Assembly: GCF_003553625.1 (NCBI RefSeq)
Contig: NZ_PWEV01000097.1
Length of the DNA: 64,000 nucleotides
Origin: Halomonas sp.
Lineage (GTDB): Bacteria > Pseudomonadota > Gammaproteobacteria > Pseudomonadales > Halomonadaceae
Strand: one strand, 5' to 3'
The notes beneath the pieces are model-generated. The model had not been told where the DNA came from and did not search any database. It saw only the letters and a program-made list of their open reading frames with translations. The position numbers and the translations under genes are program-made. Below, in pieces: positions 29,310 to 40,014 of this stretch (position 1 is the stretch's first letter; every line of letters starts with the position of its first letter).

Positions 29310-29771
29310 ATGGCCTATGTTCTCGTGATGGGCGGCCTGGCGCTGTCGGTGAGCTTCACCCTGGGCTGGGTGCTGTGGCGCGCCGTGCGCTGGGCCTGGG
29401 GCCTGGTGGCCGGGCCTCCGACGCCACGGAGGGCGGCAACACCCAGGCCTCGCGCTCGCAAGGCGCCGCGCCAGGCGGCCCCCAAGCCCGCCGCAAGACC
29501 TGCTGCAAAACCTCCCGCCAAGCCGATCCCGCGGGAGCCCTGGGCCCTGACCTGCTGGCTGGCTCGCCGGCACTCCGCCATGCCCCTGGCAAGCCTCGCA
29601 CTCCTGCTCTACGGACTCACCCGCCTGGTGGAGTTCGGCATGACCCAGCGTCCGCTGTCACCTCCCGCCGGCTACCACAGCCTGGTGAATGCCCTTGGCT
29701 GGGCCGCCGCCGCGCTGCTTGCCTTGGCAATCCTTAACCTCATGGCGCGCTGGCGTTGCCGGGAGCGCTGA
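29310..29771 (+). CDS. Hypothetical membrane protein
   Basis: 3 TM segments with a Pro/Arg/Ala-rich linker; GC-rich coding style. Confidence 0.6.
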   Translation: MAYVLVMGGLALSVSFTLGWVLWRAVRWAWGLVAGPPTPRRAATPRPRARKAPRQAAPKPAARPAAKPPAKPIPREPWALTCWLARRHSAMPLASLALLLYGLTRLVEFGMTQRPLSPPAGYHSLVNALGWAAAALLALAILNLMARWRCRER

Positions 29772-30205
29772 GCACCCTTTGCGATGCAACATCCTCGAGT
29801 TCCTCGCCTGTTTTCTCCTCTCTCGTACGCCCCTTCCTGCATTGTCCTGCTTACGATATTTCCCGCTGATTCTTGCGTGTTTTTTTGTCTCGCCATTCCC
29901 GACATCGGTTTTTTTGATTCTTAGGGGGTTAGTTATCTAATGCCTTTCGTCGAGGAAATAATTATTTATTGTAATGCTGGGTAATGATTGATCCCTCTCC
30001 TCGAAACACTGTTAATTAATGTTTTATGTCATCCCTGTCGCCTGTTTTAAATCAGAATGTATAATTTCTGTAAACCTGTAAGATTATGTGAGCGGAGTCA
30101 TAAGCCACTATATCCTGCCCTTCGGGAGGGTAAAGCGGCCTATGGACCCAGCCCACAATGTGCTGGATATGCTCCTGGGGTCTCGGAAATTTACCATTAT
30201 TCCGG

Positions 30206-30217
30206 GGCGGTAGCGTG
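30206..30217 (+). promoter_or_regulatory. ops (RfaH/JUMPStart) element
   Basis: GGCGGTAGCGTG matches the ops consensus GGCGGTAGnnTG, 30 bp upstream of wza. Confidence 0.85.
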
Positions 30218-30246
30218 TCCAACGCGAATGTTAAGGGGATAATCAC

Positions 30247-31413
30247 ATGCTCCCGGTGATAATGAATTCTGTTGAAGACCATTCTTCGGAAAGGCCTCCA
30301 AGAGGAAGTTCATATAGAGCGGCAGGTGTAGTGATAACAATGCTGTTGCTCGGCGGCTGCGCCTTCGCTCCTGGAGGCCATATCGACCATAGGAACGTGG
30401 GCGATTCCTTGGACTCCCGTGTGGAAGTGGTGCCCATCACGCCGGAACTGGTCAATGCGCCTGTGGCAGAAGTCGTCACATCTCGTGAGATGTCAGAGCA
30501 ACTTCGTTATGAAATCGAAAATTATGAATACCGGATCGGCCCCGGGGATGTGCTCAGCGTCATCGTATACGACCACCCGGAACTGACAATCCCGGCCGGG
30601 AGCGAGCGGGCGGCGACCGAGACCGGTAACCGGGTGCGCCCCGACGGCACCATGTTCTACCCCTACGTGGGGCGGGTACGGGTGGCCGGCATGACGCTTG
30701 ATGAGGTGCGCAGCCTGCTGACCCGCCGCCTCTCCGAGGTGATTGCCGCACCCCAGGTAGAGGTCGGCATGGCCGCCTTCCGTTCCCAGAAGGCCTACGT
30801 CAGCGGAGCGGTGGAGAACCCCGGCACTCTGCCAATCACCATTGTGCCCATGACGGTGCTGGACGCCATCAGCGAAGCGGGAGGCGCTCGCCTCAACGCC
30901 GATTGGCACAGCGTTACTCTCAACCGCAATGGCCGCGAGGAGAGCCTATCCCTCTATGCCATTCTCCGTCAGGGAGACCTCAGCCAGAACCGGCTGTTGC
31001 GCGACGGCGACGTGCTGCACGTGCCCACCTCGGAGAACCAGAACGTGGTGGTGTTGGGGCAGGTGCTGCGCCCCGGTGCCATTGCGCTTGGCAATGAGCG
31101 GGTCAGCCTGACCACTGCCCTGGCCCGTGCAGGGGGCGTCAATGAGAGTCGCGCTCAGGCCTCGGGCATCTTCGTAGTGCGCGCCATGCCGGCAGACTCG
31201 ACCGCCGACAAGGTTGCCACCGTCTACCAACTCGATATCCGCGACGCCACCCGACTGGTACTGGGCACCCGCTTCTCTCTGGAACCTCAGGATGTGGTCT
31301 ATGTCACGTCCGCACCGTTGGCTCGCTGGAACAACGTGATCTCGCTGCTGCTGCCATCGGTAAGTTTGCCGGGTGATGTCGCAAGATCTGTCGATAACGT
31401 CGGGGATCTATAA
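30247..31413 (+). CDS. wza: Polysaccharide export outer-membrane lipoprotein
   Basis: Lipobox LLGGC, YRIGPGDVL..VYDHPELT, DGTMFYPYVG, RWN.VIS.LLP; exact start uncertain. Confidence 0.93.
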   Translation: MLPVIMNSVEDHSSERPPRGSSYRAAGVVITMLLLGGCAFAPGGHIDHRNVGDSLDSRVEVVPITPELVNAPVAEVVTSREMSEQLRYEIENYEYRIGPGDVLSVIVYDHPELTIPAGSERAATETGNRVRPDGTMFYPYVGRVRVAGMTLDEVRSLLTRRLSEVIAAPQVEVGMAAFRSQKAYVSGAVENPGTLPITIVPMTVLDAISEAGGARLNADWHSVTLNRNGREESLSLYAILRQGDLSQNRLLRDGDVLHVPTSENQNVVVLGQVLRPGAIALGNERVSLTTALARAGGVNESRAQASGIFVVRAMPADSTADKVATVYQLDIRDATRLVLGTRFSLEPQDVVYVTSAPLARWNNVISLLLPSVSLPGDVARSVDNVGDL

Positions 31414-31422
31414 CAAGAGATC

Positions 31423-33690
31423 ATGGCCATGACATCTTTTCCAGGTCACCAAGGGTTGTCCAATGAGCCTTCGCGCGACACCCCGGATATCAATCTCATA
31501 AAGTTGGTTTCTATCCTGCTGGACAACAAATGGAAGATCATTTTCGCAGGGCTCCTGTTCCTGCTGGGTGGTTACTTCTATGCCAGCTCGCAGTCGAGAA
31601 TCTATCAGGCAGATACTCTGATTCAGATCGAAGGGCGCAGCAATACGCTGGGGCTTCTCGAGACTCTGGCGGTGGGTGATCAGGGTGGAAATCCCACGAC
31701 TGCGGAGTTGGAGATTCTTCAGTCTCGCATGGTGATAGGAGAAACCGTGGATCGCCTCGACCTGGCCATCCAGATCGCGCCCCGGCGAATGCCGATGGTC
31801 GGCGATTTCCTGGTCAATCACGGCTTCACCCGTGAGCAGGTCGATCGGCTGACCCCCGGTTTCCTGGGTGACTGGCTGGGCAGAATAGGCGGTTGGGAAC
31901 AGAACGAGAGCAGCCCCTTTGTGTGGGCCGGTGAATCCCTTCGGGTGTCGCGCTTCGATGTGCCAACTCAGGCCGAAGGGAGAACCCATGTGTTGAGGGT
32001 GGCAGACAATGGCCACTACGTGCTGACACGGGATGAGGTTCCCGTTCTGAGCGGAAGAGTGGGCGAGACGGTTCACGACGAGACATCAGGCTATCGTCTT
32101 TTCGTCAGCCAGCTTGAGGCCCATCCCGGAGCTGAGTTCGAGATGCGCCGCGTGTCGCACCTCGATGCCATCGCCCAGCTGCAACGTAGCCTGACGATTG
32201 AGGCCCGCGGCAAGGATTCCGGAGTCTATCAAGTGATGCTCAGCGGCCATGACCGCGAGCAGATCGTCCGGGTGCTCGACACCATCACCGGGGTGTTTCT
32301 CTCCCAGAACGTCCAGCGGCAGTCCGAGGAGGCCGAGAAGCAGCTGGCTTTTCTCGAGGAGCAGATCCCGCAGGTCAATGTGGAACTGACGGACGCCGAA
32401 AGTGCCCTGAACGACTATCGCGCGGAGCGGGACTCGGTCGACCTGACCTTCGAGACTCAGAATCTGCTGCGTAGCCTGGTCGCCGTGGACAACCAGCTCT
32501 CCGAGCTTGCGCTGGCTGAGGCGGAGCTGGCCGAGCGCTTCCGTCCCACCCACCCGAACTATCAGGCCTTGCTGCGCAAACGCTCTCAGTTGCAGGCCGA
32601 GAAGGTGCAGCTCGAGGCCAGCGTCAACAACCTGCCGGAGACCCAGCAGGAGGTGCTTCGCCTGACCCGTGACACCCAGGTGAACCAGGAGATCTACGTT
32701 CAGCTACTCAACAAGCGTCAGGAGATGCGGCTGGTCAAGGCCGGTACCGTCGGCAGCGTGAGGATACTCGATACTGCCGTTTTGCAGCGTGGCAGCATCG
32801 CACCGCGGGTCGGCCTGCTGACGATTGGCAGCGCTCTGCTGGGGACCCTGCTGGCCATCGTGGGGGTGATGCTCAGGCAGGCCTTTAACCGTGCCGTCGA
32901 GACTCCCGACCAGTTGGAGGCGATCGGACTGCCGGTCTATGCGATTGTACCCGTGTCATCCGGGCAGGGCAGGCTGTCGCACTTCCTCAAGCGTCGACGC
33001 AAGGAGGGCGTCAATGTCTTCCGCGGACTATTGGCTATCACCGACCCCGAGGAGCCGACGGTCGAGGCCCTGCGTGGGCTGCGAACCAGCCTCTACTTCG
33101 CCATGCTGGAGTCCAGCGACAATCGGCTGATGATCACCGGGGCGAGTCCCGAAGCCGGCAAGAGCTTTATCGCTGCCAATCTGGCCGTGGTCTGTGCTCA
33201 GGCCGGACAGCGAGTGCTGCTGATCGACGCCGACATGCGCAAGGGGCATCTGCACCACGCCTTTCAACAAGCCGCCAAGGGGGGGCTATCGGAACTGCTC
33301 TCCAATCGCCTCGGCATCGACGAGGCCATTCGTCCCAGCGGACTCGAAAATCTCGATTTCCTCTCCCGCGGCACGGTGCCCCCCAACCCCTCCGAGTTGC
33401 TCATGCAGAAACCTTTTCATGAGCTGCTCGCCTGGGCCGCACCGCACTACGACCTGGTGATACTGGATACTCCGCCGGTGATGGCCGTGACCGATGCAGC
33501 AATAGTCGGCAAGCATGCCGGCTCCTGCCTGATGGTTGCCCGCTATGGCCTCAACCCTCCCAAGGAGCTCGAGATCACCAAGCGCCGTCTCGAGCATGCT
33601 GGAGTTCGGGTGAAGGGCGCGGTGCTCAATGCCGTGGACTATTCCACGAACAGGCAGTACGGCTACTACAACGTCTATGCATACCGCTAG
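31423..33690 (+). CDS. wzc: BY-kinase polysaccharide co-polymerase
   Basis: Two TM with periplasmic coiled coil, Walker A GASPEAGKS, LIDADMRKG, DTPPV, C-terminal Tyr cluster. Confidence 0.94.
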   Translation: MAMTSFPGHQGLSNEPSRDTPDINLIKLVSILLDNKWKIIFAGLLFLLGGYFYASSQSRIYQADTLIQIEGRSNTLGLLETLAVGDQGGNPTTAELEILQSRMVIGETVDRLDLAIQIAPRRMPMVGDFLVNHGFTREQVDRLTPGFLGDWLGRIGGWEQNESSPFVWAGESLRVSRFDVPTQAEGRTHVLRVADNGHYVLTRDEVPVLSGRVGETVHDETSGYRLFVSQLEAHPGAEFEMRRVSHLDAIAQLQRSLTIEARGKDSGVYQVMLSGHDREQIVRVLDTITGVFLSQNVQRQSEEAEKQLAFLEEQIPQVNVELTDAESALNDYRAERDSVDLTFETQNLLRSLVAVDNQLSELALAEAELAERFRPTHPNYQALLRKRSQLQAEKVQLEASVNNLPETQQEVLRLTRDTQVNQEIYVQLLNKRQEMRLVKAGTVGSVRILDTAVLQRGSIAPRVGLLTIGSALLGTLLAIVGVMLRQAFNRAVETPDQLEAIGLPVYAIVPVSSGQGRLSHFLKRRRKEGVNVFRGLLAITDPEEPTVEALRGLRTSLYFAMLESSDNRLMITGASPEAGKSFIAANLAVVCAQAGQRVLLIDADMRKGHLHHAFQQAAKGGLSELLSNRLGIDEAIRPSGLENLDFLSRGTVPPNPSELLMQKPFHELLAWAAPHYDLVILDTPPVMAVTDAAIVGKHAGSCLMVARYGLNPPKELEITKRRLEHAGVRVKGAVLNAVDYSTNRQYGYYNVYAYR

Positions 33691-33745
33691 CCTCCGTTGC
33701 CTTTCCGGGAATCGGAGTGCAGGCCAGTTCGGGAGTAAAGGGCAC

Positions 33746-34882
33746 ATGCTCGCGTATCTCTGGGCGCTTGGCGTCTTTATGTCCCAGTTCTATATCTTGC
33801 CGAGCGGCCTGCCTCAGCCGGCACACCTGCTGTTTGCCCTCAACTTCCTGCTGTTGGGCTACTTCTATTCGCTGACGATTCCCCTCAGCAGCCATGATGA
33901 AAGGCTGACGGCGCTCTTTCTGCTGGCCTTCTGTGCCTATGTGGCAATCTCCAACCTGGCCTGGGTGCTGGTGGAGCAGAATACCACCTTCATCAAGGCC
34001 ACCATTTACTGGGTCTATGGGTGTTTGCTGTTTCTGTTCCTGCTGTCGTCACTCGGTGATGATCGAGTCAGAAGAGCAGTGGTAGCCTCCTGTGCCCTGA
34101 GCATCGTGCTGCTGTTCCTCTTCTGGACCACCGGGATGGGTCGTTACGAAGTGGGGAGCCGCTACCAGGGGTTCTTCAACGACCCCAATCAGATGGCGTT
34201 CTACGTGATCTGCGTATTCTCGACTTTCTTCTATCTCTTCAGAGGGAAGGGCAGTGGCCACCTGCTGTTCGCCATCGCTTTCATCAGCGTGATGCTGGTA
34301 TTCGTCACCCAGTCCAGGTCTGCCCTGCTCGGTATCTTCTTCTCTCTGCTGGCGGCCTATCTTCGCTTCATCGACAACATGGCGGTCGGGTCCGGCGGAA
34401 GAGATCGGATACTCGCCTACATCATCGGGATCATGGCCGTACCCCTTTTTCTCTACCTGCTGTTAAGCATGGAGACCGCCGATGTGGCCGTCTCGCGCTT
34501 CTCCGGGACGGATTACGGCAGTCAGGCAGAGATCAGGGGCTACACCAGACTGCAGGAGTTCCCGTCCTATCTCTTTCTGGGGTCGGGCCAAGGGCTGGAT
34601 GGGCGTTTCGGCGGCCGGCATGAGATTCACTCGACCTGGGTGGCGGTGCTCTTCTACTACGGCATCGCGGGCTTTGTGATCTTCATGGCGTTCATTGCCA
34701 GGATCTTCCTGCGACTGGACCTGGCCGGAAAGATCGCCTTCCTCGGCCCGGTGTTCTACGGCCTGTCGACCTACGGAGCCAGGACACCCATCTTCTGGGT
34801 CTTCCTGGCGGCCGCCGCCCTGGCCGCCCGGGAAACCCGGCCGGCGCCCTCAATAACACCTGTCAGGGAACTCTCACCATGA
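33746..34882 (+). CDS. Wzy/O-antigen ligase-like polymerase
   Basis: About 10 TM, RYQGFFNDPNQMA, TQSRSALLG, HEIHSTW...YYGIAG. Confidence 0.78.
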   Translation: MLAYLWALGVFMSQFYILPSGLPQPAHLLFALNFLLLGYFYSLTIPLSSHDERLTALFLLAFCAYVAISNLAWVLVEQNTTFIKATIYWVYGCLLFLFLLSSLGDDRVRRAVVASCALSIVLLFLFWTTGMGRYEVGSRYQGFFNDPNQMAFYVICVFSTFFYLFRGKGSGHLLFAIAFISVMLVFVTQSRSALLGIFFSLLAAYLRFIDNMAVGSGGRDRILAYIIGIMAVPLFLYLLLSMETADVAVSRFSGTDYGSQAEIRGYTRLQEFPSYLFLGSGQGLDGRFGGRHEIHSTWVAVLFYYGIAGFVIFMAFIARIFLRLDLAGKIAFLGPVFYGLSTYGARTPIFWVFLAAAALAARETRPAPSITPVRELSP

Positions 34883-36036
34883 AGATCATGTTCATCGGCA
34901 CCGGCGTCTCCTCCGTCCTGGGCTTCAGGCGAACCCTGATGGAGAAGCTGCTGGCCGACGGCCACCGGATATATGCCCTGGTCGAGGGCTACTCGGATGA
35001 GGAGGAACGGCAGGTGAGGGCGATCGGGGTTGTGCCGATGAGCTATGCCCGTGACGGCGCCGGGAGGATCCGCCGCAGCCCCTTGTCGTCCTTCATGAGG
35101 ATGGTATCGGCGATCCGGGAGGTTCAGCCGGACACGGTATTCAGCTACTTTGCCAAGCCGGTAGTGATCGGGACCTGGGCCGCTGCCATTGCAGGCGTCC
35201 GCCATCGGATCGGCATGCTGGAAGGGCTGGGCTACTACTTTTCCGAATGCCCCGGCAGGCGCTCCCTCAAGCGACGTGTCATCAAATGGGCACAGCTTGG
35301 CCTGTTCCACCTCTCGGTGCCGCTGCTTGAAACACTTGTCCTGCTCAACCCCGATGACAGGAAGGACCTGATCGACCGCTACCGGATACGGGCTCGTGAT
35401 GCCTTTGTGCTGGGCGGGATCGGCCTGCGCCTGGAAGAGTTTCCCTGCTCCCCGCCGCCGACGGAGCCGGTTGTCTTCATCTTTGTGGGGCGTCTGCTGC
35501 TCGAGAAGGGAGTCAACAACTACCTGGATGCGGCCGAGATCGTGGCCAGCGAGCATCCCCAGGTACGGTTCGTGGTCCTGGGCCGCTTCGATTCCGGTAG
35601 GACGGACGGGGTGGATCCCGAGCGCTTCAAGGACCTCGCGCGCAGGGGCATCATCGAGTATCCGGGCAAGGTGGGCAACGTCCATGAGTGGCTTACCAAC
35701 GCGAGTGTCTTCGTGCTGCCCTCCTGGTATCGCGAAGGGGTGCCGCGCAGCACCCAGGAGGCGATGTCGGTCGGACGTGCCGTTATTACCACCGATGCGC
35801 CCGGATGTCGGGAGACCGTGGTCCAAGGCGAGAACGGCCTGTTGGTCCCCCCGGAAGACACGCCCGCCCTAGTCGCTGCCATGACGCATTTCATCGAACA
35901 CCCCGAGGCGATCATCGCCATGGGCGCGCGGTCGCGGGAACTGGCCGAGGCGCACTTCGACGCCGATCGTGTCGATGCCCTGCTGATCCATCACGTCATC
36001 GGTCTCCCGGATTCCCAGTTGAGCTGCGCGTCATGA
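34879..36036 (+). CDS. GT4 glycosyltransferase (PglA/CapM-like)
   Basis: FVGRLLLEKG, VLPSWYREGVPRSTQEAM, TTDAPGCRETV. Confidence 0.92.
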   Translation: MKIMFIGTGVSSVLGFRRTLMEKLLADGHRIYALVEGYSDEEERQVRAIGVVPMSYARDGAGRIRRSPLSSFMRMVSAIREVQPDTVFSYFAKPVVIGTWAAAIAGVRHRIGMLEGLGYYFSECPGRRSLKRRVIKWAQLGLFHLSVPLLETLVLLNPDDRKDLIDRYRIRARDAFVLGGIGLRLEEFPCSPPPTEPVVFIFVGRLLLEKGVNNYLDAAEIVASEHPQVRFVVLGRFDSGRTDGVDPERFKDLARRGIIEYPGKVGNVHEWLTNASVFVLPSWYREGVPRSTQEAMSVGRAVITTDAPGCRETVVQGENGLLVPPEDTPALVAAMTHFIEHPEAIIAMGARSRELAEAHFDADRVDALLIHHVIGLPDSQLSCAS

Positions 36037-36148
36037 CCCCCTGACGGGCATCGACAGCACGTGTGATGCCGATGGGATCGCGGCCGGCGCACGATGTCTG
36101 GCCCCCTTTACCCACTCGACGCGTCCCGACAAGCAAGGAGAAGGTGAC

Positions 36149-38134
36149 ATGACCTGGCTAGACGCCCTGATGACGATGCCTCGTCATCGCAAGCGCCGCA
36201 TGCTTCAGCTTATCGATGGCTTGACCATCGTGGTAAGTCTCAACCTGGCGGTCATGCTGCACCGCGATAGCGTCCTGGCTCTTGCGGACATGTGGCATTG
36301 GAGCCTGACAGGCCTGGTCACACTCTCGACCCTGCTGTGCTTTCGCTGGCTGGGGGTCTACCGGCTGGTTCTGCGCTACATGAACCAAAGCGCCGTGCTC
36401 AGCCTGGGGGCAGGGGCACTGGTCTCGTCGCTGTTGGTGATGTTGCTCGACAAGGTGATGGGAGACATGTTCTCGGCTGCGGTGGCGGTGATCCATGGAT
36501 TGGCGCTTCTGGTAGGCATCGGTGGGGTGCGCTATGTGCTGCGAGAGCTATACCTGATCAGTCAGCGTCGACAGCGGCGTCCGGTGGTGATTTATGGCGC
36601 CGGTGCCGCCGGCTGCGAACTGGTGTCAGCCCTGCGTCACGGGGGCGAGTATGAGCCCGTGGCCTTCATCGATGATTGGCGCGGACTCGAGGGCAACCTG
36701 GTCGATGGCCTGCGGGTGCATCAGCCTTCCAAACTTGAGGCCCTGATAGACGAGCATCGTGCCGCCATGGTCCTGTTGGCCATACCCAGTGCGACTCGAA
36801 GCCGTCGGCGCGAGATCCTGCAGCGTCTATCGACGCTCTCCATCCCGGTGCAGACGATCCCCGGCAGTGCAGATGTGATTGCCGGCCACGCCAGTATCAA
36901 CGATGTTCGAGACGTGGCGGTGGAAGACCTGCTGGGTCGAGATCCCGTGCCCCAGTTCCCCGATCTGATGGATGCCAACATCCGAGGCAAGTCGGTAATG
37001 GTCACCGGTGCCGGCGGGTCGATCGGCAGCGAGCTGTGTCGGCAGATCATCGACCATCAGCCGGCTCGGCTGCTGCTTGTCGACAACTGCGAGTTTGCGC
37101 TCTTTTCCATCGAGCAGGAGCTGCAGGCCCACCCCGGAGTCGGCAAGTCGGGCGTCGAGGTCAAGCCGCTGCTTGCCTCCATTCAGCGGCGCGATGCTCT
37201 GGCCTCGATCTTCGACGGCTTCGAGGTCCATACCCTCTACCACGCGGCCGCCTACAAGCATGTGCCGATGGTGGAGTACAACCTGGTCGAGGGGATTCGC
37301 AACAACGTCTTCGGTACGTTGAATCTGGCACGGACCGCCATGAGCGCCGGGGTGGAGACCTTCGTGATGGTCTCCACCGACAAGGCGGTCCGCCCGACGA
37401 ACGCGATGGGCGCCTCCAAGCGCCTCACCGAGCTGATCTGCCAGGCCTTCGCCCATGGTGGATGCAGCACCCGCTTTTGCATGGTGCGTTTCGGCAACGT
37501 GCTGGGCTCCAGCGGTTCGGTGGTGCCGCGGTTCCGTGAGCAGATCGAACGCGGTGGGCCGGTGAAGGTTACCCATCCCGAAATAACCCGATATTTCATG
37601 ACCATACCCGAGGCGGCTCAACTCGTGATCCAGGCAGGCGCCATGGCACGGGGAGGCGAGGTGTACGTCCTCGACATGGGGGATCCGGTCCTCATTCAGG
37701 ATCTTGCTGTCAACATGATCCGCCTCTCCGGCCTGGAGGTGAAGGACAGCGAACACCCCGATGGCGATATCGAGATCGTCCATACAGGCCTGAGACCCGG
37801 CGAGAAGCTTTTCGAAGAGCTGTTGATCGGCGAGGCGGTTTCGGGGACACGCCATGATCGGATCATGACATCGCGCGAGCCGTTCTGGGAGTGGCCCCGG
37901 CTCGACGCCTATCTCCAGAAGCTGGAGCGGGCGTTGGGGGCCTCGGATCACATGGAAGTGCGGCGCCTCCTTCAAGCGGCGCCGTTGGCTTACCGTCCCG
38001 ACGACAGCATGGTTGATCTGGTCTGGCAGGCCCGTAATGACCGCCTGCTGGCCGGGTCTGTTCCAGCCGAGATAGAGCTAAGAGCAAGAAATTTCTCTGG
38101 ACCGGTCGGTCTCCATTCAACGAAGCCAGTATGA
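36149..38134 (+). CDS. UDP-GlcNAc 4,6-dehydratase (PglF/WbpM/CapD family)
   Basis: N-terminal TMs, TGAGGSIGSELCRQ, HAAAYKHVP, STDKAVRP, RFGNVLGSSGSV, GLRPGEKL. Confidence 0.93.
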   Translation: MTWLDALMTMPRHRKRRMLQLIDGLTIVVSLNLAVMLHRDSVLALADMWHWSLTGLVTLSTLLCFRWLGVYRLVLRYMNQSAVLSLGAGALVSSLLVMLLDKVMGDMFSAAVAVIHGLALLVGIGGVRYVLRELYLISQRRQRRPVVIYGAGAAGCELVSALRHGGEYEPVAFIDDWRGLEGNLVDGLRVHQPSKLEALIDEHRAAMVLLAIPSATRSRRREILQRLSTLSIPVQTIPGSADVIAGHASINDVRDVAVEDLLGRDPVPQFPDLMDANIRGKSVMVTGAGGSIGSELCRQIIDHQPARLLLVDNCEFALFSIEQELQAHPGVGKSGVEVKPLLASIQRRDALASIFDGFEVHTLYHAAAYKHVPMVEYNLVEGIRNNVFGTLNLARTAMSAGVETFVMVSTDKAVRPTNAMGASKRLTELICQAFAHGGCSTRFCMVRFGNVLGSSGSVVPRFREQIERGGPVKVTHPEITRYFMTIPEAAQLVIQAGAMARGGEVYVLDMGDPVLIQDLAVNMIRLSGLEVKDSEHPDGDIEIVHTGLRPGEKLFEELLIGEAVSGTRHDRIMTSREPFWEWPRLDAYLQKLERALGASDHMEVRRLLQAAPLAYRPDDSMVDLVWQARNDRLLAGSVPAEIELRARNFSGPVGLHSTKPV

Positions 38135-38156
38135 GCGAGACAGAGAAGGTGATGCC

Positions 38157-39959
38157 ATGTTGAAGGACCTGCGTGAATTCTATTCCCTGCTGACTCGAGA
38201 GCAGCGCCAACGGCTTCTCCGCCTGCAGGGGCTAATCATCATCATGTCGTTCGCCGAAATTGCGAGCGTCGTCTCGATCGGGCCCTTCATGGCCGTGGTG
38301 GGAGACATTCAGCGTCTCCACGGTGACGGGCTCATGGCCCGGATCTTCCAGGCCACCGGCCTGCAAAGTCCGGAGGCGTTTCTGACCCTGCTGGGCGCCA
38401 TGGTGCTGATGGTCCTGTTTATCTCGGCGATGTTCTCCATGTACACGACCTGGCGGCTGTCGCTCTACAGCGCCAGCGTCGGTGCAGAACTGTCGAGTCG
38501 CCTATACCGTTACTACCTGCACCAGCCCTGGCTATACCACTCCGGGAATAGTACCAGCCGCTTGATCAGCAATGCCTCTCAGGAGGTACAGCGGACCACA
38601 AACAAGATCATCTCTCCGAGCCTGAGGCTCAATGCCAAGCTGGTGATGGTGAGCACCATGACCGTGGCGCTCTTCATCTATCATCCGGGCGTGGCCATGG
38701 TAGGGCTGGTCATCTTCGCTGCGGCCTATCTGCTCCTCTACAAGACGGTACGGCGGTTTCTGGTGGCCAATGGCCGGCGCGTCTCGCGCGCCCAGGTCAA
38801 GCGCTTCAAGCTGATGACGGAAGGCTTTGGCGGGATCAAGGACCTGCTGCTGCTGCATCGACAGGGAACCTTCATCTCACGCTTTGAGAAGGCCAGCAAC
38901 AATGTCGCCCGTGGGCAGGGTGTCACCCAGGGGCTGAGTGAGGCGCCTCGCTATGCCATTGAGCTGGTGGCCTTTGCCTCGATCGTCCTGCTGGTGCTCT
39001 ACCTGCTCAACCGCTATGAAGGGAATCTGGGAGCAATCCTGCCGGCGCTGTCGATCTATGCCCTGGCCGGATTCAAGATGCTTCCGGCCTTCCAGAAAAT
39101 CTACTCCGCCATCTCCATGATCCGAGGAAACCTATCGGCCTACTACACGATACGCGAGGATCTGATGGCGAGTCGCGAGAGTCAGACCGATGGTGCGTAT
39201 GAAACGGAAGGCGAGATAGTTCCACTGGAACTCGAGCAGGGTATCGTGCTTCAGGACGTGAAATTCGCCTATCCGGGAAAGAAGGACCGGGCGCTGAACG
39301 GACTGACATTGACCATCCCCGCCAACCGCATGGTGGGCCTGGTCGGGGCGTCGGGAAGCGGCAAGAGCACCACCGTGGATCTGCTTCTCGGTCTTATCCA
39401 GCCGGACGAGGGCAGCGTGCTGATCGATGGGGTCCCTTTGACGACCGAAAATGTTCGCCGTTGGCAGGCGAGCCTGGGGTTGGTGCCCCAGCAGATCTTT
39501 CTGTCCGATGGCAGCATCCTCAATAACGTGGCATTCGGCGTTCCACCGGAAGAGATTGATGAAGCCAAGGCTCTCCAGGCGCTTACGATGGCGCAGCTGG
39601 ATGAGATGATCGAGAAGCTACCCGAGGGCGTCAACACCTGGGTCGGTGAACGCGGAGTGCAACTCTCGGGTGGCCAGCGCCAGAGGATCGGAATAGCTCG
39701 GGCCTTGTATCAGGAGGCACGGGTCCTGGTGTTGGATGAGGCGACCAGTGCACTGGATGGAATCACTGAACGCAAGGTGATGGATGATATTCAGCGGCTG
39801 GCCGGCAACATGACCATCGTGCTGATTGCCCATCGCCTGACCACTGTCAAGGACTGCGACATGATCTATATCCTCGAGTCAGGACAGGTGGCCGACAGCG
39901 GTACCTACGATGAGCTCGCGGAACATAATGCCACATTCAAAATGATGGCCAACCTGTGA
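38157..39959 (+). CDS. ABC exporter, PglK/MsbA-like lipid-linked glycan flippase
   Basis: TMD plus NBD: GASGSGKST, LSGGQRQRIGIARALY, LDEATSALD; located in a glycan locus. Confidence 0.88.
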   Translation: MLKDLREFYSLLTREQRQRLLRLQGLIIIMSFAEIASVVSIGPFMAVVGDIQRLHGDGLMARIFQATGLQSPEAFLTLLGAMVLMVLFISAMFSMYTTWRLSLYSASVGAELSSRLYRYYLHQPWLYHSGNSTSRLISNASQEVQRTTNKIISPSLRLNAKLVMVSTMTVALFIYHPGVAMVGLVIFAAAYLLLYKTVRRFLVANGRRVSRAQVKRFKLMTEGFGGIKDLLLLHRQGTFISRFEKASNNVARGQGVTQGLSEAPRYAIELVAFASIVLLVLYLLNRYEGNLGAILPALSIYALAGFKMLPAFQKIYSAISMIRGNLSAYYTIREDLMASRESQTDGAYETEGEIVPLELEQGIVLQDVKFAYPGKKDRALNGLTLTIPANRMVGLVGASGSGKSTTVDLLLGLIQPDEGSVLIDGVPLTTENVRRWQASLGLVPQQIFLSDGSILNNVAFGVPPEEIDEAKALQALTMAQLDEMIEKLPEGVNTWVGERGVQLSGGQRQRIGIARALYQEARVLVLDEATSALDGITERKVMDDIQRLAGNMTIVLIAHRLTTVKDCDMIYILESGQVADSGTYDELAEHNATFKMMANL

Positions 39960-40014
39960 TGTCCTGTCCGGGCCAGACAGCAGGCAAGGTCCCACATATG
40001 AGGTCACTGTTCTC

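Noticed and set aside
33279-33285. G7 tract in wzc (and A8 at 41520-41527) as phase-variation sites
   Set aside because: Short, in frame and compatible with normal coding (KGG, LKKK)
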